The position numbers and the translations under genes are program-made. Shown piece by piece: positions 1 through 12,450 of a DNA stretch of 64,000 bases. The DNA is from Eledone cirrhosa. Lineage: Eukaryota. The stretch lies in the NCBI GenBank assembly GCA_964016885.1, contig OZ024741.1:200012001-200076000 (forward strand). Direction: 5' to 3'. The notes beneath the pieces were generated by a model. It was not told the origin of the DNA and ran no database searches. It saw only the letters and a list, made by a program, of their open reading frames with translations. The stretch's first letter is position 1, and every line of letters starts with the position of its first letter.

Positions 1-2490
1 TTATCTTGAAGTTCTCGCCAGTGTTCATTTAACCGTTCTCCTATATTACGCGCTGTCTCACCTATGTACACTATATTCTTATCTTTACATTGTCCTTCAG
101 TACATCTTATACTATATACTACATTTCTAGTTTTACACTTAATATGGGGGCTTAGTTTACAGATTATGCATTTCTTATCTATACAGGGAGTTCTTTGAAA
201 AGGGTATGTATTGCTAATAAGTGTTTTTATGGAGGTACCTGGTCTTTCTACTATCTTAATATTAAGTTTATGTTTATCTAGGGCCCTTCTAAATGTGTAA
301 GCTAATTCACCTCTAGGGGTTGTATTGATGAACATTACACTCTGGTATTTATTGTTATCATACCATGAGTTTATTCTATTAACCTTATTCCTAGTTCTTT
401 CTATTCTATTCCAAAATTTGCTCCTATACAAGGGGCAGGTCCCATTTGTATCATTATTTACCATTTTTTCCCATTTGGTTCTGGCTCCTCTATATACTCT
501 GATTTTATCTCTCTGATTGTAACCAGAGAACTGCATACGATGGATGAAGTATTGTATGTGTCTCTCTAGTTCTTTGGGGTTGCACATGCGGGTCACGTTT
601 CTCATCACCCGTACGAAATCCGCAATCAGTATGTTGATTTTGGTGTGATCCGAAACAGCTGAGTTTCGGTGGATCAGATATTTGGAAGTCATGGGTTTGG
701 CATAATGGGAATGGAGGATTTGTTTTTTGTTATTAATGGTTTCTAACCAGAGCTCTGTGTCTAGCACAGGTAATCGATGGTTGGGGTGTTTGCTTGGGTA
801 GTCTATAGTAACTCTAATACTTTGGTGGATAGAGTTAGCTATTTGCTGGATGCTTTCCATGGCGTTTTTCTCTAATTCCTGACTGTTCTCTAGTGGGGGT
901 GTTTTTACTACGATGTTTATATCATCAACGTAGCGGGAGTACATTATCAGAGTTAAGAGGTTGCTGTCTTCTAATGTTCTTTAAGTTTAAGTTTAAGTTT
1001 ATTTTCCCACCATACCATGAATAGGTTAGCCATGTTACCTGCAATGCTAACACCAATGGCTGCTCCCTCCTTTTGGGCATATGTTTTTCCATTAAATTTG
1101 AACATATGTTCCTTAAGGGTTAATTTTAAACTGGCCCCCACCGCATGTGCAATCATTTTCTTTAGTTCATCGTGGTTTTCGGGGGTCCGTATGGCTCTGG
1201 TCCACCCTTTCCATCTTTCTGTGTTGGTTTTCTTGGCCATTGAGGTAATGGTAGGTGGTCTGCCTCTTGCTGGTCTTGTAGGGCACTGGTTGCTAAGGTC
1301 ATATGTATCTAGATAATCATTACTATAGGTACGTTTAAGTAGGAGTCCCAGCTCACTGGTATCAATCCCACGGAATTCAACATTGCTCTCACTGATTATT
1401 TCTCCACAGCAAAATCCACGTCAATGGATGGATATAGGGACACAGCATCCATACTACCTATTATACAGTCTGTTAGGTCCCTAGATCGGTTATTTTCGCT
1501 GATTCTGCTGAGGAGGTCCTCCGTGCTGTCACATATATCTGGGGACATTTCAATGATGGGGCGTATGATCAGGGAGAGGAAGTAGGAAAGTCTGTAGTTA
1601 CTAGCAATGTTAGCTCCACAGACTGGCCGTGTTGGTGGTCCTGTGACAGGGTCACTGCTCGTTTTATGGTCTTTTCGAAGCCCATACAACGCTGGCACGT
1701 CATTGTTCCAAGCATGGAAGTTGTTGGCAGTCCTTTTGTTGGGCTGCATTATGTTTGTCCACATCATCATATGGACATTGAGGCTTTTCTCCCTATCCTC
1801 ATGCTCTTGTGGTGTTACTTCTCTTGTGTTAGTGATGTGGGTTGCATTGCCTGGATGTAGTTTGACAGACTGTCAACCGACATTCTGCCAGACTTGTCTG
1901 TTGGAAAGTATGCAATCTCTCCATTACGCGAGCGCTGCATGAGCTTACTCAAACCATTTGCAGATTTTTCTCCCAGTTGCTGGGCCTCCATTCTATTTTG
2001 CTTCATGCTATACTGTTCTATAATATTTTTAAGTTTAGATCTAGCTATACTAAATTGTGCTTCTGTTTGTTCATCGATCTGCGACGGCAATTGCGTGCGT
2101 TTGTTAAAAACTAAAGTCGTGGCGTGGACTCGTCGTAGGTCGAAGGACATATCGGAAGGAGTATAAAAAGTAGAATTCCAGGTTGCTGCTTTATGTGTAC
2201 TATTGCAAGTGTTATTGTTAGTTGTGTTGTTTCTATTTCTATTTCCACCAACATCCTCATGGTTGTTTCTATGTCTCTCATTAGTACACCTGTCTCTTTC
2301 CTCTGGCTCATTGTTATTATCTACTCTATTTTGTGTGTCTGTGTGTTCGTCCTGGTTATTTTCTCTGTCAGTATCGATAATCTCCCTTCTCCTTTCAATC
2401 CCATTACCTTCCCTTACTTCTGTGTTACTGTCATTACCTGTTTTCTGTGTCTGTGTGTTTGTTAAGATTGTGGTAGTGGTGAGAGGCATA
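1..2490 (-). mobile_element. Degenerate Penelope-like element (RT + C-terminal GIY-YIG endonuclease), possibly Naiad/Neptune-type; runs off the left edge
   Basis: Minus-strand translation gives PLE RT motifs: PALYGLRKDHK..PTRPV, GSMDAVSLYPSID, FKFNGKTYAQKEGAAIG and YSRYVDD (~922-942). These are followed by MQFSGY..CPLYR..SWY..VMFINTTP, a Cys-rich linker (CIDKKCIICK..KC) and GIY-YIG NVVYSIRC..C..VYIGETARNIGERLNEH (~20-125). The frame is broken by stops and frameshifts. Confidence 0.9.
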
Positions 2491-2549
2491 GAATGTGTGT
2501 GTGTTGTTGTTGTTGATATGTGCTACGACGAGTCCACGCCACGACATAA

Positions 2550-2760
2550 CCTGCATTCATGGTGTTCCACGAAGCTATCATGGAACACCATTCTACAAAG
2601 AACTCCATATCTTGGGAACAGGAGAAAATGTAGGTTATGTTCAGGGGAGATCTTGGAAATGACTAAATCTAAGGACGATTTATTGAATAAAAAATAGGAA
2701 CTGATTATAGTTTGTAATCACCGTATACGAAAAACATTTAGATACTATAAACCTAATTAA
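2550..2760 (+). mobile_element. C-terminal GIY-YIG fragment of a second PLE family
   Basis: WNTILQRTPY..RKCRLCSGEILEM..LLNKK*EL..CNHR matches the W-IL..PY..CxLC..E..LLNK..C.H tail of PLE endonucleases; it has the same pattern as 6960-7300. Confidence 0.65.
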
Positions 2761-2939
2761 ATATTCTAAATAGCAACTCACTATAATTGTATATGGCGTA
2801 ACATTTGTTAGTATCCCTTTCCCCTAATTATACGCATTCATGGTTATTTCTTACCTTTTAATGTTTTAACTTCCTTAGATTTATGCGTTAATGACTAAGG
2901 GCAACAAGGTACACAACCTCCCGCAATTGCTTGATTAAA

Positions 2940-2967
2940 TATGTATCTATGTATGTATGATATGGGA

Positions 2968-3001
<34 letters not shown>

Positions 3002-3200
3002 ATGTGTGTATATGCGAGTATATGTGTATGAGTGTTTATATGTGTGTGTGTACATATATGTGTGTGTACATACATATATATATGTGTGTATAGGTGTGTA
3101 TATGTAAGTGTATATATATATAGATATATGTGTATATGATTGTGTGCACATGTGTAGATGTATGTATATATTTGCATCTATTTATGTGTATGTATATTTT
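2940..3200. repeat. Compound (TA)n/(TG)n microsatellite, representative of dozens in the window
   Basis: Seen directly; such tracts explain the many YIYI/HTHT/CVCV spurious ORFs. Confidence 0.95.
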
Positions 3201-3409
3201 TAGTTGAGTATCAATATAACTATACCTCTATCTATAATGTGGGTATATGCACTTTGTGATCTATGAAATTTATGCGTTTTGACTATGTTAACATGTATTT
3301 ATCTGAGTTTGATTATTTATACATAGACATACTTGAAGGTATTTTAAGGCGTATCATACGCTGTATTATACTAAGTACAATTCACCACACCGTACTATAT
3401 TATATTATA

Positions 3410-3595
3410 GGTGAATTGGCAGTATCGGTAGAGGGTTGGACGTCATGTTTTCTAGCATAGTTACGTCCTTTTATGGTCTGAGTTCAAATCCCGGCGAGGT
3501 TAACTTTGCCTTTCATCCTTACGGGGTCGATAAAATAAAGTACCAGTAATGTACTGGGTAATTGCTGGTCTTATGCCAAAAGTAGAAACAATTAT
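3410..3595 (+). mobile_element. tRNA-derived SINE with Meta-type central domain
   Basis: A-box TGGCAGTATCGG, B-box GAGTTCAAATCC, then GCCTTTCATCCTTACGGGGTCGATAAAATAAAGTACCAG; TSD attatattat. Confidence 0.85.
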
Positions 3596-4079
3596 ATTAT
3601 ATTATTGTATTTCTGTATCTTATCTTATTATAATTTTCATCTTTTAATATACTATCTTTCCTAGCCACGACCTTAATTTATATTCACCTAAAAACTCCAC
3701 ACAACACAACTCAGCATTTAATTTTTACATACCTTTTAAACTTCACTATACCATATACATTCAACTATCAATTTGACAATCCCTTTCTTCCTAATAGATT
3801 TTTTACGGCAATTCTGTTATTAACACCATTCAACCATTCCTTTCAAAGGGTCATGACCTCAACTAAAGTGAATTATTTTTCATCTTAACATCATATGGAA
3901 TAAAACAATCTGATTGGTTAGTTCTTCAACTACCTCCAAACAAGGTAATAGAACTAAACATAATACTAATTTACTACTAATTTTGAATAAAATTATTATT
4001 GCTTTTGACAACAGCTGCTGATATGCATGTAAGTAAATATTCTCTTTATCTGATATTTTGTAACTAACCTTACACAGAT

Positions 4080-4306
4080 CGATAACGAGGTATAGTTACG
4101 ATGTATTATCATCACCTAGAAACGATCGTAAAGCAGTGAAGTATATTTCTAATGACTTGATTTTTTATTTCATTGTTTTAACTTATATTATGACTCTGTT
4201 TTCCTTTTAATGTTTTATTGTTTTCCAGGATTTATTTTAACCTACAACATTTTCAACAAATGGATTACATTGAATTCTTCATGCACAACTTACCGTGGAT
4301 ATCTCC

Positions 4307-4310
<4 letters not shown>
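4080..4310 (+). mobile_element. Probable PLE pseudo-LTR remnant ending in (TA)n
   Basis: Half-HHR GAAAC-GATC-GTA (~4119-4130), an AT-rich intron-like stretch ending ttttccag (4228), then ATG at 4260 running into (TA)n. Confidence 0.35.
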
Positions 4311-4363
<53 letters not shown>

Positions 4364-4634
4364 TATAATATATATATATATATTATATATATATATACAA
4401 TATAATATATATATATGTAGATAAATCTACCAAAATAAACAGTAGTGTCCAATCCGTATTAAGAACTCAATGTAATCCAAATATAGAAGATATCATGAAA
4501 AGAGAAAATGCATTCAAAATTTAACGATAAAAATCATAGGAAAACAGAGTCAAGATAAATTAATAAAAACAATGAAATAAAAAATATAAGGAACCTGTAC
4601 TTTGTTTTTATTTCAATGTTTTTATTAATTTATT

Positions 4635-4673
<39 letters not shown>

Positions 4674-4714
4674 AGAAAACGAAAAATCAGTGATGCATCT
4701 GAACTCAATTTATT

Positions 4715-4802
4715 GTGTTACAATTGTTTCGCCACCGGACAGCTTGAGACGCGATCATTGTGTGGATCTGTCTGATTCTGGACCCGCAGGTTCGACGGAC
4801 AC
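4715..4802 (-). ncRNA. Hammerhead-like ribozyme, variant core CCGUCGA (copy A)
   Basis: GUGU-CCGUCGA-[long stem II]-GUGGC-GAAA-C-AAUU-G-UA-ACAC followed by AAUAAA; stem I GUGU/ACAC, palindromic loop 3. Confidence 0.55.
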
Positions 4803-4834
4803 GTCTAATGATTTCGGAATGCTCCGAAATCATT

Positions 4835-4935
4835 AGATGTGTCCCTGTCCACAGGGGAGTTTTGTACTCTCAGTCGCTTCACGCCATGGAACTGGGTTAA
4901 ACACCAGCCAAATGAGTCTTCTGGCTTAAGACAGA
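4835..4935 (-). mobile_element. Nin-domain SINE fragment
   Basis: Minus strand reads ttaacccagttccatggcgtgaagcgactgagagtacaaaactcccctgtggacaggga, resembling the Nin central domain. Confidence 0.5.
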
Positions 4936-5052
4936 CTTTAGACTTTTTAGCAATATTTATAAGTGTGAAAAAGGAAAAAAAGAAAACAGTGCTCAATCAG
5001 GAAGAGAGCAGGAATATTACATTATTTATTTATGTTCATACACGGAACAAAA

Positions 5053-5108
5053 GTGCTACTTAAAGTTTCAAGACCCAATATTGACCATATCTTCCTATCT
5101 TCAGGTGC
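5053..5108 (-). ncRNA. Degenerate type I hammerhead motif
   Basis: CUGAAGA...UCUU-GAAA-CUUUAAG-UA; the stem I arms (GCAC/GCAC) no longer pair, possibly through CpG decay of GCGC. Confidence 0.4.
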
Positions 5109-5369
5109 TTATATGAATTTATATATATATATATGAATAAACGCTAGTACAGGACTGGTACTTTTTATTTGACCTCAAAAGAATGAAAGGCAAAGTCGAC
5201 CTTGATTATACTTGAAGTCAGAGAGTGCAATGACCCAGAACATATACCGTAACACATTTTATCCGATATTCTAATGACTGTCAACTTGCCACCTCACTGC
5301 TTATTTTACTGTTAACCAATATATGGAATTAGTATCTTCCATAATTTTACCTTCAGGTTATATACTTAA

Positions 5370-5526
5370 CTCTTGACATTCTGTAATGGTTTTGCAGAAA
5401 ATATCTAGAAATGGATTTGTTAATTCACATGTTTTTAGGTGAGAGATGATTGTGTAAGGTCTTCAAAGTGAAACTTTTCAAGAATCTCTTATTAATGTGG
5501 TTTCATGTGGTACAGGACATTAAGAG
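5370..5526. mobile_element. Small piggyBac-like MITE
   Basis: TTAA-CTCTT ... AAGAG-TTAA termini; the TIR is short. Confidence 0.35.
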
Positions 5527-6566
5527 TTAAATGACCTACTAGTTCAGAGTAGATAAGCAAATAACCCATCCTGATTATAATATGAATTGACTTATTCATA
5601 TTGTTTTTAAATAGATTTTACTGGTAAAATATGTTGTCAGCTTCTCAGGGTAACTCAGGCTTAAAGATCATTTAATTACACTGAGTTGAAACTTTCAGTA
5701 AAAACAAATATTATAATTATGAGTGTATATTTCTAAAGTAAATACTTTGTTAAACTGAAAACAGACATAATGTTTCTAATAGATTGTTGATGCTTTGATT
5801 ATACTCTTATACCACTTGCTCATCTTTTTGTTTTGTAATTAACAGAGATTAATTAAAATTAGTGATCTCGCAGCATATGAAGAGAAAATTATTTCTAAGG
5901 TATAATTTTCTCAAATTCTTGTGATTGATATCTTTTTGAACTGTTAGTTAGTTGATAAGTTACAATCAACCTCTTCATTAATTTAGAAGTTCAGTATAGA
6001 TACAAAATGAGTATGTATTACGAAAGACACATACATGCACATACATGGCTCTCACCACCACATATTCTAATGAATAAAACATACACACAGCACAATATAC
6101 ATCTGTAACACAAAACTAAATAGATTTTTATTGTAAGCTTTGTAGAAGTAAATAGAAGAAATAGATTTGTAACATCACACAGATTGAAACAGTGCAATAT
6201 AAGAGAAATGAAACCTGTTGTACAATCCATTGATGTGACATTTTTAGCATATTGAAAGACAGTTGGAAAACAACATTTTGAATGTAAAAGTAAAAAATAG
6301 AAATACAGAATGTTTAGGTTTGAGCAAATTGAACTTCACTCAAATATCTAGTTTTTAAGGATAGTTTCAATGTAGAACATATTTCAGTTAAGACAGAAAA
6401 TGCAGCAGTATATTCACTGTTTTATGTATGTTTTGTAGAACATGTATCACACTATAGTCAGTGCTGGGCTTACCTATAAGCTAAATAAGCTATGAAGCCT
6501 AATTTTTAAAATATAATTTTATTTTATTAGTTTTTATACTTTAACACAAAATCATAGAAAATTATA

Positions 6567-6630
<64 letters not shown>

Positions 6631-6635
<5 letters not shown>

Positions 6636-7300
6636 GTAGAACACAGGAGGAGGGTATATCCGTAGTAGTAGAGCACTCTGTCCATGGGACGAGTTTGGTA
6701 GAAGTTAGTTCCACAGCAGTTAATAACCAATTTTGAGGATCTGACATTTCACCTTGTGGATTTTCAACTCGAGTGAATGGGTTATAACTGAAAAACGGAA
6801 GTCTATATGAAGAACGTCAATCATGTGCAAGTTAATCGACAAGGGGGGGTAACTCAAGTTAGACTGATGAAATGGAGACGATTGGGATTGTTCTGGATAA
6901 AAATAGGTTGGGTCCTTAGAGGATGATATTAGACTGGATCCTTGTAGTTACATAATAAGTACTTGGTTGCATGGGGACATCAATTATAGAAATCAGATCT
7001 TGTATTTAGACAGGAATTGTTACATAATGTCTGCAGGATATTTATTCGTTCCCTGATGCACAGCCCACAAGACAAATTCCCATTTCTGTATGGCCTAGAT
7101 TTGGTCGGAACTTTCCATTGAATGGAGTAATCCATGTCTGCATACTTGAGCGACCATATGTGGCTTCATGGACAACTATTTATCTGGGTGTTTAAATGTC
7201 ATCTGATGGTTAAGGAAGCGTTCTTTAAGCTGGCCCTTCACCATACCTACATATGTTTTGAACTACTGTTGTTGGTTTGGTCGGGTAGATGTAACTACAG
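6631..7300 (-). mobile_element. PLE 3' fragment (GIY-YIG domain + 3' UTR) between (TA)n tracts
   Basis: [75 protein letters not shown], with stops and a frameshift. Confidence 0.85.
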
Positions 7301-7304
7301 CTTC

Positions 7305-7371
<67 letters not shown>

Positions 7372-7470
7372 CATACATACATACATACATACATACATAC
7401 ATACATACATACATACACACACAGACACACATATATATATGTATGTAGAAATATATATATATATATATAT

Positions 7471-7753
7471 TTCGTTTCTGAATTTGTTTAGCAAGATTCT
7501 TTATCTGAAAACGTGTGTTGAAACCGATATTGTTATGCTTTGGGAGGGTCATGTTGCCAATAAGAAACACACACACCAGTTGCTTTCACTTCAATTTATT
7601 ATAAATTAAATTTATAAGTTTAGGAGTTTATAAATTTCCGGTTGGTTGGTTCCACAACTAAACGATTGTTCATATATTGTCAAAGTTGAAGTGAAAGCAA
7701 CTGGTGCGTGTGTTTCTTATTGGCAACATGACCCTCCCAAAGCATAACAATAT
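7471..7753. repeat. Fold-back element in (TA)n; family also at ~21400-21470, ~31160-31230 and ~31795-31928
   Basis: ~7528-7594 is the reverse complement of ~7686-7753 (GCTTTGGGAGGGTCATGTTGCCAATAAGAAACAC...). Confidence 0.85.
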
Positions 7754-7760
7754 ATATATG

Positions 7761-7793
<33 letters not shown>

Positions 7794-8035
7794 GTGTATA
7801 CATATAATTTATTTTCTTATCATTAATATTAATATTAAAAAAAATAATAATCATGTATGATTATTTAAAAAATTTTTACCAGAACTTTTTAGGGAATTGT
7901 CTCAAATTTCATTTAGCTTAGGGCCTCGGCAGGTGAATGTCTGGCCCTGGTTATAGTATACAATTTAGCTTAATAGTGATTTGTGTATGTATGTATCTAT
8001 GTGTGTATATAGTGGCCAATAGTAACAACACTAAC

Positions 8036-8223
8036 TAGTCAATGAAAGGTTGCCATGCCCTCCCATTTGTCTGCTCTACATCTCCAATGTGCAGAACTCC
8101 AGGCGTGTCTAGTTTATAATCAATAATTTGCTCAGTTTGTTTTGTAGAACTTATTCTATTTATAACATGAAAATTGACATTCTTAAATTTAGTAAATGGT
8201 AAATGACTGGGTTTCTTTCCCAT
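8036..8223 (-). CDS. Probable first coding exon of an unidentified host gene (exon 8036-8243)
   Basis: Strong acceptor ttttttctttcttttctatcatttag ending at 8244 and ATG at 8223. The peptide is non-repetitive (MGKKPSHLPFTKFKNVNFHVINR..DTPGVLHIGDVEQTNGRAWQPFID) and has a plausible donor TA/GTTAGT at 8035. Confidence 0.55.
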
Positions 8224-8868
8224 TACTTTATATACAATTCAGCCTAAATGATAGAAAAGAAAGAAAAAAATGGGAGGGATTCTACAGTTGTAAACATATC
8301 CTACTGATGATAATAATGAATACAGCAATGTTTATAATACATATTCTGCAATAGTTGATTTTGACCCTTTCATTACTATATTTTTAATGAAAGACACTGC
8401 TCATGTATCTCAAATAATTTTGAAAATAACCAAGAATTTAGATTTTGTAAAATACCTAACTTTCTCATTATTAAACTAGTGTTTAGAATATAACTTAATG
8501 AAGGTTCTTAAATTATGAAGGAAGGTTTTAATTTGAATATATACAGTATAAAATAAGGGATTGTGTATCATAGAATCATGGGGGCAATTTCGCTACTATT
8601 TCTAGCATGCCAAATGATCAAGCAGATGCCCTCCTCCATTGGCTCAAAGTGAATTTGGCTATTGTTGTTCTAGACCAGCCCTGATCAAACAGACCAACGA
8701 TAAAAATAACCCATCACTTTATATGCCAGGAACTACATTGTCTAATATATCATTTATTTAAACTGGTAGAGTGGGATTTGAAGGAAATATGGCTGCTTTT
8801 TTTGAGCCAGTCAATTGACCATGTAGAAGCTTCTTTATTGAACACCAAGACTACCTGTCATTTATTAA

Positions 8869-9123
8869 CCCTTTCATTACCATATTTCTAGTGAAAGACA
8901 CTATTCATATGCTTTAAATTATGTTGAAAATAACCAAAAATTTAGATGGATTTAGTAATATACCTGATGTTTCATTATTAAACTAATGTTTGGAATATAA
9001 TTTAACAAAAGTTTTTACATAATATTATGATGGAATGTTTTAATTTAAGTAAAGACAATGTTAAATGAGAGATTTTATATCTTAGAATCATGGGTGGTCT
9101 CTGACAGGTTGGTATTGAAATGG
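8869..9123. mobile_element. piggyBac-like MITE; related copies at ~8362-8600, ~52000-52075 and ~52665-52770
   Basis: TTAA-CCCTTTCATTACC ... GGTATTGAAATGG-TTAA. Confidence 0.65.
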
Positions 9124-9869
9124 TTAACATCATCTTACATAAAGAACAGTGTTAGGCAGCAATCCAGCAAGCAGAACAACTGATACTCTCATCTGCCAGA
9201 AGAATTCTTTCTTCTGAATGGTAGTGGGTGTAAGAGGTAGTGTGAGGTATAGGCTACTTCTATTTCATTACTTCAGAGCAGTAGTTGTTATATGAAGCGG
9301 TATGAAGTACTAGTGAGTTAGGGAGGTGTGATAGGTGATGAGAGAATGGACTGACTGTGTTTCAGTTACATATATAGATATACTTACATAGGCTCTAATG
9401 ATTGTCTAAAACATTTTACTGATTCATTAAAGTTATCTCCCTTGCCTATTGCTTTTCGGGTACCTCTTCCCCACTGAGAGAGTCTTTGTTTACTTGTATA
9501 ATCTCAGTTGACTGAAATTTTTAAGTTTGCTACATTAGAAATGTCAGGCCTTATTGTATTAGCATTTAATATGCAGAACACTGCCTTGAGTTATATTTTC
9601 CTCAGTTATATTATTAAAGTTCTATTTGCCATTATCATTCATGAAAACTGAATCATTTACTAGAATAAATTTTTTTTCAGTTTCTAACAAATATTTGCTG
9701 GTTGCAAAAATTTTGGAAGTTAAGTCGAAAGAAAATGTTACAGCTTTTAAATGACAATTTAGAAAAAGTAACAAATCTTTTCAAACTCACTCACTGTTTC
9801 AAAAAGCAAACTTACTTGCCATTATACTTGCTAAGAATGTAGCTTCTAATTTGAATGAAAGGAGGTGGG

Positions 9870-9940
9870 TGATGTGTTGGTGTAATGGTAGTACAGTGGT
9901 CTGGATAACCAAAGATGTGGGTTTGACTCCCATGTACGTG
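9870..9940 (+). pseudogene. tRNA-like head (SINE head or tRNA pseudogene)
   Basis: A-box TGGTGTAATGGT and B-box GGTTTGACTCC at tRNA spacing; the acceptor stem is not intact. Confidence 0.45.
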
Positions 9941-10097
9941 TCAATACTCTTCTTTTTCCATTTCTTAGAGGATTCTTAGCCCCACTATCAGGTTAAAATT
10001 TCTTTAGTAAAAAATATAACGAATGCTTCTATTTTCTATTTCTTTTCAAATCATTTTGGTTTATTTATTTCCTATAGAAAGTATGCTGCCTAAACTT

Positions 10098-11033
<936 letters not shown>

Positions 11034-11346
11034 CTATACATACAGCTTGCAGCTAGAATATAGCTGGAGGTAAACAAACCCTGACAATTACCAAAGTGCT
11101 GGAGGTATTTGATAATGTGAGAGTCCCAAGCACAGAAGATAACTGTAACAACAGTCAATCACTATAGATAATAGCTGAGAAAATTGGGTAAATTACACTT
11201 AGTGATAGAAAAAGTGTCTATTACCAACCAAGTAATATTCTGTCTTTAATTCAGCTGACTTTATACATGTTTCATTATTGTATTTCTACCCTGATTATGT
11301 TGAGTTGTAGAAAATGATTGAACCAAAATGATTTTAAAAGTATATA

Positions 11347-11381
<35 letters not shown>

Positions 11382-11451
11382 CATCATCATCATCACCATC
11401 ACTATCATCATCATCATTTAATGTCCATTTTCCACGCTAATATATATATCA

Positions 11452-11788
11452 TTTTCATTTCATTTTATGTCCGCTTTTTCCCTGCTTGCAAGGGTGGGAC
11501 GGGAACTGATTCTGGCTTTATTTCTACAGCTGGATGCCCTTCGTAACACCAACCTCATTTACAGTGAGTGCTGGGTGCTTTTTTGCTGTGGCACCTCCAC
11601 GACCACTTTGCAGTGGAATGATATGGACCCCAGTCCCTATCATCTCATTTCTACAGCTGAGTAAACTGGAGCAATGTGAAATAAAGTATCTTGCTCAAAG
11701 AAACAACACATCACCCGGTCTGAGATTTGAACTCACAACCTTTCGATTGCAAGGCCAATGCTCTAACCACTAAGCCATGTGCCTCCAT
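11452..11788 (-). mobile_element. tRNA/CORE SINE with RTE-type 3' tail
   Basis: Near-identical to the + copy at 60526-60866; CORE-like ttgagcaagatacttt..ctccagtttactcagctgtagaaatg. Confidence 0.9.
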
Positions 11789-11799
11789 ATATATATATA

Positions 11800-12150
11800 T
11801 ATTTTTTCCTCAACTCATAGATTTCCTTCATCAGCTACTCTGTCACGTTCAATTTTAAGATCAGCTCTAACTACCTCTGCAAAGGTTTTTCTCAGTTTTT
11901 CTTCTTTCCATTGGCGTCACCTCACACTTCTTCACACAGTATTCATTATCCATATGCATTACATGTCCAAATCAACACTCTTCTTTCTTGCACACTACAT
12001 CTGATTTCTCTTATAGCAATCTTTTCTCTCAGTTTATCCACACCTTGTTCATGCACATTAACAGTATACATCCTACAGATCATGTTCACTTCATTTCTCT
12101 CCAGCACCCATATATCCTCTGCTTTTACCACCCATGTCTCACTCTATAGC
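11800..12150 (-). mobile_element. RTE-clade LINE 3' fragment
   Basis: LERNEVNMICRM..LREKIAIREIRCSVQERR; same family as 15450-17648. Confidence 0.7.
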
Positions 12151-12450
12151 CATCCTTCTTTGGTTGGCCTTTGATGAATGGGGCAGTTTAACACTGCTGA
12201 TCCTGCCCTCATTTGTGTTTCTTGCTGTGATGAAGGCCTATCTGGAATCTCAGACAGTAAAATATTGAGGTGCTTCTTGTAAACATCTGCTTCCACTCCA
12301 TGTTGATCTCTCAAATTTTGGAGTAGGATATTGAAAAGCTGTGGCTCCTTGAACCTCAAGGCATTGCAGTATATAGTCTTCAATCTAGAAGAGGAGAGTG
12401 GGACCTTCGTTAACATATAGTGGTGTCCTTTTCGAGGATACAGAGACATT
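12150..12450 (-). mobile_element. CR1-group LINE 3' fragment
   Basis: LRFKEPQLFNILLQNLRD..VYKKHLNILLSEIPDRP resembles the G.LFN.LP..FK..LD..L..IPD.P tail of CR1-group ORF2. Confidence 0.6.

Larger units (their letters stand above)
6459..7949. mobile_element. hAT-like MITE split by nested (TA)n/PLE insertions
   Basis: Termini CAGTGCTGG...CTGGCCCTG with an imperfect 8-bp TSD actatagt/gttatagt; subterminal taagctaaat/atttagctta are inverted. Confidence 0.5.

Noticed and set aside
1-1860. Selenoprotein-type PLE (in-frame UGA recoding, reported for some Naiad elements)
   Set aside because: The Cys positions I read use TGT/TGC, and the visible breaks are TAA/TAG or frameshifts.
8236-8243. In-frame TGA upstream of the orphan exon's ATG as selenocysteine
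   Set aside because: No redox motif or SECIS is visible; it is more simply 5' UTR.
9870-9940. Functional tRNA gene
   Set aside because: The acceptor stem and overall cloverleaf are not intact; it is a SINE head or pseudogene.
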